From Campylobacterales bacterium (lineage in GTDB: Bacteria; Campylobacterota; Campylobacteria; Campylobacterales; Sulfurimonadaceae): 64,000 nucleotides of DNA. The DNA is taken from positions 38,595 to 102,594 of the forward strand of contig JBBRBK010000001.1 of NCBI GenBank assembly GCA_038205935.1. Reading direction: 5' to 3'. The position numbers and the translations under genes are program-made. This document shows positions 11,472-21,711 of the stretch, in pieces. The stretch's first letter is position 1. The number at the start of each line of letters is the position of its first letter. The notes below the pieces were generated by a model. It made no database searches, had not been told where the DNA came from, and worked only from the letters and a program-made list of their open reading frames with translations.

Positions 11472-12673
11472 TCTTCTATCACCGGTTTAACCAAAGGCTG
11501 AACTCCTGGAAGTATTTTTCCCTCAAGAAGTTCAAGTGATGCACCGCCTCCTGTTGAGATAAAGGTCATCTCTTCATCAAGACCAATGCGTTGTACTAAG
11601 TCTGCTGTATCTCCGCCACCAACCACAGTCGTCGCATAACTGTCTGCAACATAATGAGCAAGTTTTGTAGAACCACGTGAAAAACGCTCCATCTCGTACA
11701 CACCCATCGGACCATTCCAAAGAACAGTTTGAACATTTGTTAGTGCTTCTTGGTAAAGTCGCACTGTTGCGGGTCCGATATCTAAGCCCATCCAACCATC
11801 TGGAATCTCTTGCGCTGTAACAGCCTTACTTACCGCCTCAGCATCGAATTTTTCTGCAGCAATAACATCTACTGGAAGATAAAATTTCACTCCAAGTTTT
11901 TTCGCTTCATCCATAATCCGTCCAGCTTCATCTAGTAAATCATCTTCAACAAGTGAAGCTCCGATGTTGTAACCTAGTTTTTTTAAGAAAGTAAAAGCCA
12001 TACCACCGCCGATAATGACTTTATCAACGCGAGGAAGTAAGTTTACAAGCGCTTCGAGTTTTCCTGAAACCTTGCTTCCGCCCACAATCGCCACAAACGG
12101 ACGAGCAGGTTTTTTCATCAGTGTTGCGAAAAACTGAATCTCTTTCTGGAGTAAAAATCCAGCCGCTTTCGAGTTCTCGTCAAAAAAGTGAGTGATACCT
12201 TCAACCGAAGCATGCGCACGATGAGAAACTCCAAAAGCGTCATTAATATAAATATCTGCCATTGATGCTAGTTTCTTTGAAAAATCTTGATCATTTTTTG
12301 TCTCACCAGCTTCAAAACGAAGATTTTCAAGAAGTAAAACTTCTCCATTTTTCAGCTCTTTTGCTTTTTGCATCGCGTCTTCGCCAACAACATCTGCGGC
12401 TAAAATAATCTCTCTTTTTAAAAGAAGATGTAAACGTCTTTGCACTGGAGCAAGAGAGTACTTTACATCAAATTCTCCTTCCGGTCGACCAAAATGTGAC
12501 GCCAAAATAACAGAACAATCCTGATCTAGACAGTAGTTGATCGTAGCAATCGCTGAGCGAATACGGCGATCGTCTGTGATGTTGTTGTACTCATCAGTGG
12601 GAACATTAAAATCACAACGGATAAACACTTTTTTATCTGCTAAATCTAACTCTTTTATACTATATAACTGCAT
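11468..12673 (-). CDS. pgk: phosphoglycerate kinase
   Basis: [33 protein letters not shown]. Confidence 0.98.
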
Positions 12674-12685
12674 TAAACCATCCTC

Positions 12686-13687
12686 TTATTTACTGATGTG
12701 AAGTGCCATGTCGATAAGGCGAGAAGAGTATCCCCATTCATTATCGTACCAAGCCATAACTTTTACCATATTACCACCGATCACCTGTGTCAAATCATCC
12801 GCAACAATAGCGCTATATGAAGAACCTACAAAGTCCTGAGAAACACGCATCTGTTCATCTACAAGTAAAAGACCTTTAAGATACGATGCCGCTTTCTCTT
12901 TGAAAAGTGCGCTGATCTCTTCTTTAGAAGTGTCACGTCCTACGAGAACATTTAAGTCGACCATAGAAACGTCCGGAGTCGGAACACGTACGCTTTGCCC
13001 GTGAAGCTTACCGATGAGCTGAGGAAGAACAAGACCGATCGCTTTTGCCGCACCTGTCGTTGTCGGGATCATATTTACAGCACCAGCGCGTGCACGGCGC
13101 TTGTCTTTAGAGTGTTTTACGTCTAAAATATTTTGATCATTTGTATAAGAGTGAATAGTCGTCATCAAACCTTTTTCGATCCCAAATGCATCATCCAAAA
13201 CTTTAGCCACAGGACCGAGGCAGTTTGTCGTACATGAAGCGTTTGAAACGATGCGCTGTCCGTCGTATTGTGTTTCATTGACGCCCATAACAAAAGTAGG
13301 TGTATCCTTATCATTTGCCGGAGCTGAAAAAAGTACTTTTTCGATCCCGTTTTTGATATGAATCTGAGCACTTTCCTGAGTTAAAAACATACCCGTACAT
13401 TCAAAAACGATATCAGCACCACAAGATGCAAAGTCAAGATTTTTCGGATCTCTGTCGCAAAAAATTTTTACTTTATCGTTACCGATTTTAAGATAATTAT
13501 CTTCTAAAACCTCAACATCTTCTCCAAAATTTCCATGAACTGAGTCATTATTTAAAAGATATACCATCATATCCAGACTTGCCGTATCGTTTATGGCGAC
13601 GATCTCGACGTCACTACGCCCTGAAGCGATGCGAGTCACACAACGTCCAATACGTCCAAATCCATTAATTGCTATCTTTAGTGACAT
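12686..13687 (-). CDS. gap: type I glyceraldehyde-3-phosphate dehydrogenase
   Basis: INGFGRIGR, SNASCTTNCL, WYDNEWGYS. Confidence 0.98.
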   Translation of the reverse strand: MSLKIAINGFGRIGRCVTRIASGRSDVEIVAINDTASLDMMVYLLNNDSVHGNFGEDVEVLEDNYLKIGNDKVKIFCDRDPKNLDFASCGADIVFECTGMFLTQESAQIHIKNGIEKVLFSAPANDKDTPTFVMGVNETQYDGQRIVSNASCTTNCLGPVAKVLDDAFGIEKGLMTTIHSYTNDQNILDVKHSKDKRRARAGAVNMIPTTTGAAKAIGLVLPQLIGKLHGQSVRVPTPDVSMVDLNVLVGRDTSKEEISALFKEKAASYLKGLLLVDEQMRVSQDFVGSSYSAIVADDLTQVIGGNMVKVMAWYDNEWGYSSRLIDMALHISK

Positions 13688-13757
13688 ATTTATTCCTTAC
13701 TTACTAAGCGTTAAAAATTGGGTTATTTTAGCAAATTTTTGCTATAATTTTATTTAA

Positions 13758-14306
13758 ATGAAAACTATTGCTCTTTTTGGCGGCTCTTTTGATCCGCCTC
13801 ATCTAGGCCACAAAGCTGTTGTTGATGCCGTTTTATCGACTTTGGATGTTGATAAAGTCATAGTGATGCCCGCGTTTTTGAACCCTTTTAAAAGAGAAGT
13901 TTATGCACCGCCTGAGCTTCGTTTGAAATGGCTGAAAAAGATCTTTTCTTCATATAAAAACGTAGAAGTGGATGATTTTGAGCTTACATGTAAGCAAAAA
14001 GTACCGAGCTTAACAACGGTGCAACATTTACAAAAAAAGTATGACAAGATCTATCTTGTCATTGGCGCTGATAATCTCAAATCCCTAGACAAATGGTTTG
14101 GTTATGACGAGCTCAAAACGCTTGTAACTTTTGTTGTGGCAACGCGGGATAACGAGCAGATACCTCGTGAGTATATCTCCTTACATGTAAGCGAGCCGAT
14201 AAGCTCTACGGGTTTACGAGAAGATATCAAAAAAGAGTTTTTACCCGCATCTGTTGCAGGTGAAATTGAAAAATTTTATAAGGAAATACATTGGAAAAAA
14301 GATTAG
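13758..14306 (+). CDS. nadD: nicotinate-nucleotide adenylyltransferase
   Basis: FGGSFDPPHLGH, IGADN, ISSTGLR; followed by rsfS. Confidence 0.95.
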   Translation: MKTIALFGGSFDPPHLGHKAVVDAVLSTLDVDKVIVMPAFLNPFKREVYAPPELRLKWLKKIFSSYKNVEVDDFELTCKQKVPSLTTVQHLQKKYDKIYLVIGADNLKSLDKWFGYDELKTLVTFVVATRDNEQIPREYISLHVSEPISSTGLREDIKKEFLPASVAGEIEKFYKEIHWKKD

Positions 14307-14608
14307 AAAGAATATCTAGCGTTCTAGATACACACAAAGCAGAGGCGATAGAAGTTTTCGACCTTAAAGGAAAAGATTATTTTGTAGATTATGTTGTACT
14401 TGCATCATCACTTGGACAGCGTCATACAGAAGCATTGTTAGAACACCTTAAAAAAGACCTCAAACGTGAAGAAGACTTCTTGTACATAGATGAAAGTAGT
14501 GACTGGATTGTTGCCGATCTTGGCGATATTCTTATCCACATCATGACTCCGGAATTTCGTGTCAAATATGATATGGAAAGCTTCCTAAGCGAACTTAAAA
14601 GAGCGTAA
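14291..14608 (+). CDS. rsfS: ribosome silencing factor
   Basis: KAE.I...D, WIVADLGDILIHIM..E.R..YDME; nadD-rsfS order. Confidence 0.93.
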   Translation: MEKRLERISSVLDTHKAEAIEVFDLKGKDYFVDYVVLASSLGQRHTEALLEHLKKDLKREEDFLYIDESSDWIVADLGDILIHIMTPEFRVKYDMESFLSELKRA

Positions 14609-14619
14609 TCGCTCTTTTA
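14596..14619. terminator. bidirectional terminator-like hairpin
   Basis: TAAAAGAGCG-taat-CGCTCTTTTA, 10-bp perfect stem between convergent genes. Confidence 0.75.
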
Positions 14620-15429
14620 CTCTTCCTCTTTCCAACACGAAGTGACTATCTTCGTTCCATTATCAAATATCTTCACTTTAAATGCATCTTTACATTTTCC
14701 ATCACTAAGCTCATACACAACCATCTGAAGTATCTTTTTACAACTTTTTGGGATGTCGAAGTGCCCTTTTATACCCGTAAAAAAACTCTCTAAGGGTACT
14801 TTTTTATCCATACCGATGATATTATCGCGACATCCTGTAAGACCTATATCACTGAGATATCCAGTACCTTTTGAGATTTGAAGATCATCACTACTCACAT
14901 GTGTATGTGTTCCACAAATCGCGCTCACACGGCCTTCAAGTAACATCATCATTCCACGTTTTTCACTTGATGCTTCAGCATGGATATCTAAAAAGATGTT
15001 TTTAATTCCCTCTACATGTAAGGCTTTTACGCTCTCATCCGCACAGCGAAATGCATTCTCCACCAAAGGCATTCCGTAGTGTCCCATGATGTTGAGCACT
15101 GCGAGCTTTTCCTCGCCTACTTCATAGACTTTCAAGCCCGTTCCAGCCACACCTTGCGGATAGTTATGCGGGCGCAGTATCTCCATAAAATCAAAAAGTT
15201 CCACGATCTCTTTTTTATCAAAAGTATGATTGCCCCCTGTCATAACATCTACACCTGATTTAAAAAGCTCTTCCGCGTTTTTCTTTGTAAGTCCAAACCC
15301 GTGTGAAGCGTTTTCATAGTTTGCAATGACAAAGTCAATGCCGTACTCTGCGCGGAGTTTTTTAAGATGATCTGCAATCATCACTCGTCCAGGACGTCCG
15401 ACGATATCGCCTATAAATGCTATTTTCAT
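14617..15429 (-). CDS. YmdB-like metallophosphoesterase (TIGR00282 family)
   Basis: FIGDIVGRPGR, NYENASHG, TGGNH, DIHAEASSEK, GTHTHV. Confidence 0.93.
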   Translation of the reverse strand: MKIAFIGDIVGRPGRVMIADHLKKLRAEYGIDFVIANYENASHGFGLTKKNAEELFKSGVDVMTGGNHTFDKKEIVELFDFMEILRPHNYPQGVAGTGLKVYEVGEEKLAVLNIMGHYGMPLVENAFRCADESVKALHVEGIKNIFLDIHAEASSEKRGMMMLLEGRVSAICGTHTHVSSDDLQISKGTGYLSDIGLTGCRDNIIGMDKKVPLESFFTGIKGHFDIPKSCKKILQMVVYELSDGKCKDAFKVKIFDNGTKIVTSCWKEEE

Positions 15430-15432
15430 TAT

Positions 15433-18400
15433 TTATAAAACCTTTGGTTTTGAATTTCTAAGATAAAAGAGAGTTGCTTTTACGATATCATCATCATCTT
15501 TGCTTGAAGCCGTAATGGTCTCTTTTGAATCGTTTTGATAGATAAAAGTAATATTTTGCGCAAAAGAGGTAACTGTCTTTATCTTTTTACCAAGACTGAG
15601 AAGTTTAATGACCATCAACTCAAAAAACTGTTTTGTGACTTCATCAAGAGAGCCAAATCTATCAACTGTTTCCTCTTCTATCTCATATACTTCGGTGACA
15701 TCTTCAGCCTGAGAAAGACGGCGGTACAAGTCAAGACGAAGTCTATCTTCACTCACAACCATATCCGAGATATATGCACTGATAGCGAGTTTAATATCCA
15801 CTTTTGCTTTTTTCTCTTCGACTTTATTGCTGAGTTCTTTGATGGCATCTTCAAGCATTCGAAGGTAAAGCGAATACCCGATATTTTTGATATGTCCACT
15901 TTGTGCATCACCCACAAGATTTCCGCCACCTCGGATTTCAAGATCGTGGTAAGCAAGAACAGAACCGCTTCCTAAAAAGGAGTTTGATTCAAGTGCAATA
16001 AGACGTTTTTTCGCTTCCTCGGTGATATTGTCCTTATCTTCAACAATAAAGTAAGCAAAACCTTCCACGTTTGAACGCCCTACTCGCCCGCGAAGCTGAT
16101 GCAAATCGGCAATCCCAAATCTATCCGCGCCATCGATGATCATCGTATTGACTGATGGCATATGAATACCCGACTCGATGATAGAAGTTGCTATCATCAA
16201 ATCATATTCACGATTTTCAAACTTTAAAAGCTCTTTTTCTGTATCAGCCGCTGAGATTTTAGAGTGCAACATCACCATTCGAAGTTCTGGCAAGATCGCT
16301 TTTAATTCGCCGTATTTTATTGGCATATGGTCGATGGAGTTATGCACATAAAACACTTGTCCACCACGGCGAAGCTCACGAAGAATGACCTCTTTTACAA
16401 GTTTTTCATCATAGCTTTTTACAAATGTTCTTACACCTTGACGCTCCATTGGTGGTGTCTGAAGTGTGCTCATCGTTTTGATGGAGCTTAATGCTTGATT
16501 GAGTGAGCGCGGAATCGGAGTTGCCGACATCGAAAGCATATGGATGTTATTATAAAGCTCTTTTATTCTTTCTTTTTGCTTCACTCCAAATTTATGCTCT
16601 TCGTCTACTATGACAAGTCCGAGTTTGGCAAATGAAACGCTAAAAATCGCATGCGTTCCAACAACGACATCAATAATCCCTTCTTTAAGAGCTATCTCAA
16701 CATTTTTTCTCTCTTTAGCCGTAATAAAGCGGTCCAGTTTTGCGACACGTAGTCCAAGCGAATCAAATCTTTTTTCTAAAGATTTATAGTGCTGAGAACT
16801 AAGAAGTGTCGTCGGAACGATAATCGCACTTTGAAATCCAGACTTACATGTAGCATAAATGGCGTTCATAGCGACTTCAGTCTTTCCAAAACCGACATCA
16901 CCACTGAGAAGTCTGTCCATAATGTGCCCGCTAGCCATCTCGCCGAGTATCTCATCGATGGACTGTTTTTGATCATCAGTGTACTCAAACCCCGCAGAGC
17001 TTTGAAACTCTAGAATGAGCTTTTTGCTCATATCGATTTTTGGTGCTTTAATAAGTGCGCGCGCTGCGGCTGTATTTACGATGGAAGCGGCTATTTCAAA
17101 GAGTTTGGTTCTTACACTTTCTTTAAGTTTTGCAAAACTTCCTTTTCCAAGGCGGTCTAAAACAGGAACAGAACCACCCCCTGCAATGTAGCGGTCGATG
17201 TAGTCGAGATTTTCAACTGGAAGCAGAACTTTATCATCACCGATGTAGCGGATAACGATGAAATCTTTTACGCCTCCAAGAATCTCCAATTGATCAATTT
17301 TTTCAAAGATACCAACGCCGTAATCTTCATGAACAACATAATCACCGGGTTTGAGATCATCAAGAAGGATGGAAGTTCTTCTGCGTCTGCGCTTTTTTTC
17401 AGGTTTGTTGAGTGAAATTATCAGTTCATCATCGCCGATAACATTTAAAATAAGCGGACTATAAAGAATCTCCACGCCTTTAAGATCAAAGAGCGCACTC
17501 TGTTTTATCTGCGCTTCGTTTGAAGCGATAAGTGTGATCTTTTTTCTTTTATGTACATCTAAAATCGCTTTGGCATCGGTTACAATGAGCGGATGATAAT
17601 TGTGTTCTTCAGGGATAATCTCAGCGTTGAAAAACTCTCTTGAGATTTGAGGATCGTTTAAACCATACGCTTCATCTAAAGAGTTTTGCATCTTAGAAAT
17701 TAGCATCATCTTTTTGTTTTCTAAAAAATTCTCGGCCATTTCATCAAGCAACCAAAAACCAAGAGAAGCAAGATCTTTAACAAAACTATCAGAATCACTC
17801 TCTTTTATCTTCTCTCCAAGAGCTTCAAACTGTTCTTCATTAAGTGAATAAAAAGCAGCAGTAATCTCAAAACTTTCAAGCTCTTCGCCTAAAGTTCTCT
17901 GCGTTTCAAGCTCAAACTCTTTGATCTGCTCGATCTCATTATCAAAAAGTGAAACACGGATTGGATTTTCTGTGGAGGGCACATAGATGTCTATAATATC
18001 GCCGCGAAAAGAGATCTCTCCCTCCATCTGAACGATATCTACAAACTCATATCCCCAAAAGAACATCTGTTCTTTAAAGGCTTTTAACTCCAAAGTTCCG
18101 CCAAATTCGATGCTTGTTGATTGGAGTGCTTCTGGTTTTGGTAAGGCAAAAAGAAGCGTTTTTAAAGGCGAGATGATAAGAGGTTTTTTCTTCGCTTTAT
18201 AGTAGATTCGAAGTGCAGAAAAAAGCTCAAAAAGCTCCTCTTTAAAAGGTCTGAGATCATCTTTAAATCTGGCACGAAAGTCTGGAAAAACAATATAGTC
18301 AAGTTTAAAAAACTTTGCAACATCAGCGAGTGATGCGGCTTCTTTTGCATCTTGAGCGATAAGCAGGTCTAAAGAGGGTTTTTTAGCGGTTTTGAGGTAT

Positions 18401-18450
18401 TCAAAGAAACGGGTTTGTGACAAAACTGATCCTGTTGGGGACTTTTTCAA
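15433..18450 (-). CDS. mfd: transcription-repair coupling factor
   Basis: GDYVVHEDYGVG (CarD-like), DRLLSGDVGFGKTEVA, DEEH, LHQLRGRVGR, DLEIRGGGN. Confidence 0.96.
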   Translation of the reverse strand: MKKSPTGSVLSQTRFFEYLKTAKKPSLDLLIAQDAKEAASLADVAKFFKLDYIVFPDFRARFKDDLRPFKEELFELFSALRIYYKAKKKPLIISPLKTLLFALPKPEALQSTSIEFGGTLELKAFKEQMFFWGYEFVDIVQMEGEISFRGDIIDIYVPSTENPIRVSLFDNEIEQIKEFELETQRTLGEELESFEITAAFYSLNEEQFEALGEKIKESDSDSFVKDLASLGFWLLDEMAENFLENKKMMLISKMQNSLDEAYGLNDPQISREFFNAEIIPEEHNYHPLIVTDAKAILDVHKRKKITLIASNEAQIKQSALFDLKGVEILYSPLILNVIGDDELIISLNKPEKKRRRRRTSILLDDLKPGDYVVHEDYGVGIFEKIDQLEILGGVKDFIVIRYIGDDKVLLPVENLDYIDRYIAGGGSVPVLDRLGKGSFAKLKESVRTKLFEIAASIVNTAAARALIKAPKIDMSKKLILEFQSSAGFEYTDDQKQSIDEILGEMASGHIMDRLLSGDVGFGKTEVAMNAIYATCKSGFQSAIIVPTTLLSSQHYKSLEKRFDSLGLRVAKLDRFITAKERKNVEIALKEGIIDVVVGTHAIFSVSFAKLGLVIVDEEHKFGVKQKERIKELYNNIHMLSMSATPIPRSLNQALSSIKTMSTLQTPPMERQGVRTFVKSYDEKLVKEVILRELRRGGQVFYVHNSIDHMPIKYGELKAILPELRMVMLHSKISAADTEKELLKFENREYDLMIATSIIESGIHMPSVNTMIIDGADRFGIADLHQLRGRVGRSNVEGFAYFIVEDKDNITEEAKKRLIALESNSFLGSGSVLAYHDLEIRGGGNLVGDAQSGHIKNIGYSLYLRMLEDAIKELSNKVEEKKAKVDIKLAISAYISDMVVSEDRLRLDLYRRLSQAEDVTEVYEIEEETVDRFGSLDEVTKQFFELMVIKLLSLGKKIKTVTSFAQNITFIYQNDSKETITASSKDDDDIVKATLFYLRNSKPKVL

Positions 18451-18491
18451 GCCCTAAAAATTGGCGTAATTTTAGCATAACTCTTCTGTTT

Positions 18492-19649
18492 TTAAAGTTT
18501 TTGCCACTCTTTCAAAAAGGTTTCAGCAACACTAAAGGAACCGAAAACGAGATAGTTTTTATCCGCTTGAACTCCCTTATACTCTTTACATGTAAGCTTT
18601 AATTCTTCTAATGCTTGCACTAAAAGAGATTGCTCAACAATGCGTAAATCGCTTACATGTAAGAGTTCAACATCTTCGATAATAGGCTTTAATAGAGTCA
18701 AAATAGTTTTAAAATCTTTATCTTTATAAGTGTTGTAGATGAGTGTAAACTTTTGCCCCTCAAGTGTTTTTGCTATTGCTTGCGCAGCAAGTGCGTTATG
18801 TCCTACATCAACCAGAATATTTGGAGCGATTTGAGTCAGTCGTCCAAAGAGTCTGGCATCTTTAAAATCATCTGCGCTAAACTCAAACCCAAGTTTTTCG
18901 AGTGCACAAGCCGCTAAAGCGAGATTATCGCTCAAATATTTTGGTAGATACATCGCTTCACTGATGGCAGAAATTTTTATTCCAAAACTCACATCACTCT
19001 CTTTTAAAAATGAGAGTTTTGTACCTTTACAAGAGGCTATTTTTTTTGCTATCTCATACACTTCATCATGCTTTTGCAAACCGATGATGGCATTTTTTTG
19101 CATAGCATTGAGTTTTGTGGTAGCTATTTTCTCTATACTCTCGCCCAAAAAGGCAGTGTGATCAAAATCGATGGGAGTAAAAAGGGTAAGTTCTTTAGCA
19201 AATGCAGCCGTCGCATCATACTCCCCGCCAAGTCCTGCTTCGAGTACAACATACTCACACTCTGCAAATGCTACCATTGCCAAAAGTGTCGTGTACTCAA
19301 AATAACTGAGACGCTCGGCATCTGGCTTTTCTAACAAAGCGAAAAGTTTGTGATGTACATCTTCCAAAGCTTCATCTGTAATATCTGCACCATTAAGCCA
19401 GATTCGCTCATTAAATTTTAAAATATGTGGCGAAGTATAATGGCCTACTTTTAAACCTTTATTTAAGAGTGCCGAAGCTAAAAAACGCCCCGTCGTTCCT
19501 TTACCGTTTGTACCAATAAGATGTATGATTTTAGGAGTTGGCAAAAAGGAGTGAATTTTTTTATAAACACGAGGCATCCGCTCATAATCTATCTCGTCAT
19601 AATAGAGTGGTTTTTCCTCTAAAAAATCGTTTAAAGCGGCAATACTCAA
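18492..19649 (-). CDS. folC: folylpolyglutamate/dihydrofolate synthase
   Basis: IGTNGKGTT, YTSPHI..FNERI, LEAGLGGEYDAT, DVGHN. Confidence 0.95.
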   Translation of the reverse strand: MSIAALNDFLEEKPLYYDEIDYERMPRVYKKIHSFLPTPKIIHLIGTNGKGTTGRFLASALLNKGLKVGHYTSPHILKFNERIWLNGADITDEALEDVHHKLFALLEKPDAERLSYFEYTTLLAMVAFAECEYVVLEAGLGGEYDATAAFAKELTLFTPIDFDHTAFLGESIEKIATTKLNAMQKNAIIGLQKHDEVYEIAKKIASCKGTKLSFLKESDVSFGIKISAISEAMYLPKYLSDNLALAACALEKLGFEFSADDFKDARLFGRLTQIAPNILVDVGHNALAAQAIAKTLEGQKFTLIYNTYKDKDFKTILTLLKPIIEDVELLHVSDLRIVEQSLLVQALEELKLTCKEYKGVQADKNYLVFGSFSVAETFLKEWQKL

Positions 19650-21184
19650 GACTCGACTCTATTCCTACCATTTTGTTTTGCGATATAAAGTTTTTCATCT
19701 GCTGAATTAATTGCAGCCTTGTGTGAAGGAAATTTTGATCTCATACTTACTCCCGCACTTAGAGTCACATCGATACGCTGGTTTTGATACATGAATTTTG
19801 CTTCTTCTACATGTGCACGCACTTTCTCCGCAAAAATAACCCCACCTTCAAGGTCAGTCTCACTCAAAATAGCTAAAAACTCTTCTCCACCATATCTTCC
19901 GACAATGTCAACAGTCCTGCAATCTTTTTTTAAAATCGCCGCAAAAGCAGTCAAAACAGCATCACCTGCTTCATGTCCAAACGTATCATTAACTTTTTTA
20001 AAATGGTCGATATCAAGCATTACAACACTGTAGTTGCGCCCATATCGTGTAAACTCATTCTCTTTTATCACCATATAATCATCAAGCGCTCGTCTGTTAA
20101 ACAACTTAGTTAAAAAATCCTCGCGCGAACTTTGTTTCGCATCTTCGAGCTCTTTTTCTAATCCCTCTATCTTTTTACCCAAAAGCTTTACTTCATTGTC
20201 GTGTGCTTTGAGGTCTTTACTGAGTGCTACAGTATTTTCTTCGAGTGCGACTGCAATGGTATAGAGTCTGTTATGTGCTGTTTTAAAATCAAGATTATTT
20301 TCTTTATTGAGATTTTCAAGATCTCTTTTTATATCTTTAATCTCTGTATTTGACTGATCCGATTTTTCTATCATCCCGATAAGCTGAAGTGATAATTTAT
20401 CGAGTACACTATCAAGAGATCGGAACATCGCTTTTAATGTATTTTTATCTAGTGCAATACGAAGTTTTATAGCAGCTTTTAGCTCTTGTTCTATCGAGTG
20501 CATAGTAAGAATTTCAGGATTTTTTCTAAGGCTATCACTGATTTTTGCTATTTTTTCATTGATACTTGAAGCAATAGAAGGGACAAGTGAAGCGATGATA
20601 ATAGCGGCAATCTGTTTTAAATTTCCCTCTTTTGTAATACTTTTTCCCTCACTCAAACTTTCAATCGTGCTCTTTAAATCCTTATAATATACTTTTCCCA
20701 TTGATTTAAGATGATTAAAAAATGAATCATCATAATTCGTAATAAAGTTTACCCAAGCTTGACGATAGGTCGAAAATTGCTCTTTTGACGCGTTGGGAAT
20801 ACTGAGAAGATCTATACTTTTTCTGGCAAGTTCAGAGGCTTCTTTGTTATGAAGAAGTTCAACTGTCTCTAGTATCCGTTTAGTTAAAAGTTGATTTTCA
20901 ATCAAAAGCTCTGCACAATTAGTAGGATTCATGCGGTTGAGTTTGGATATAAGATAACGCATAAGTTCTTGAGTAGTTTTAAGACGATACTGCTTGAGCT
21001 CAACTTGAAACTCATTATTAAGAGTTTTTGCATATTTATCGACTTGATTGCACTCTTCTATAATCATGCCGGCGAGTTTTGCTTCTTTACAAAATGCCTC
21101 CGCATAATACTCTGGAGTTAAAAGTTTATTTTCATCTTTTAGTCTCTCTATAGCTTTTTTTATAATCCCGTTAATCGTCATCAT
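19646..21184 (-). CDS. cytoplasmic diguanylate cyclase (helical/coiled-coil N-terminus + GGDEF)
   Basis: DFLTKLFNRR, DIDHFKKVNDTFGH, RTVD I-site, RYGGEEF. Confidence 0.92.
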   Translation of the reverse strand: MMTINGIIKKAIERLKDENKLLTPEYYAEAFCKEAKLAGMIIEECNQVDKYAKTLNNEFQVELKQYRLKTTQELMRYLISKLNRMNPTNCAELLIENQLLTKRILETVELLHNKEASELARKSIDLLSIPNASKEQFSTYRQAWVNFITNYDDSFFNHLKSMGKVYYKDLKSTIESLSEGKSITKEGNLKQIAAIIIASLVPSIASSINEKIAKISDSLRKNPEILTMHSIEQELKAAIKLRIALDKNTLKAMFRSLDSVLDKLSLQLIGMIEKSDQSNTEIKDIKRDLENLNKENNLDFKTAHNRLYTIAVALEENTVALSKDLKAHDNEVKLLGKKIEGLEKELEDAKQSSREDFLTKLFNRRALDDYMVIKENEFTRYGRNYSVVMLDIDHFKKVNDTFGHEAGDAVLTAFAAILKKDCRTVDIVGRYGGEEFLAILSETDLEGGVIFAEKVRAHVEEAKFMYQNQRIDVTLSAGVSMRSKFPSHKAAINSADEKLYIAKQNGRNRVES

Positions 21185-21708
21185 TCAGCCTTTTTTGCGC
21201 GAGCTCCCTGAGCAGAGACTTTGGCTACAAAAGAGGAGATAGCTTTTGTAGCACCATTTTGAATCGCTTCAAAACGGATCTGATCAGATATTATAGCATT
21301 TGCTTCGATGGAAAAATCATAATTTCCAGAGACATCATATTGCTTCACGATTCCTTCATGAGTACTTGTGATATGTAAATAAATAACTGTTCTATATCCT
21401 ATTACATATCCGTTTGTATCATACTGCATAGGAGTGTAGATGACATTTTTAAGTGTGATGACAAGATGCGTTGTAGAGTGAGCTCTGTCAGTCAAAGAGG
21501 TTTGAAAACTTTTGATAACTGCAGTATCTACAGCATCTTTTATTGAAACTGTATTTTGAGGATCGACCGCAGATATGATCACTTGTGTACTTACTTTATC
21601 CCCCACGACTTCACGTGCGAATTTTGAGCTTGGAAGGTAGCCACAACCGCTTAAAATACCTACATGTAAGGCCAAAATTAGTATCACAGAAGCTCTTACA
21701 TGTTGCAT
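21181..21708 (-). CDS. lptE: LPS assembly lipoprotein LptE
   Basis: Lipobox LSGC-GY; canonical position after leuS. Confidence 0.85.
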   Translation of the reverse strand: MQHVRASVILILALHVGILSGCGYLPSSKFAREVVGDKVSTQVIISAVDPQNTVSIKDAVDTAVIKSFQTSLTDRAHSTTHLVITLKNVIYTPMQYDTNGYVIGYRTVIYLHITSTHEGIVKQYDVSGNYDFSIEANAIISDQIRFEAIQNGATKAISSFVAKVSAQGARAKKAE

Positions 21709-21711
21709 TTT

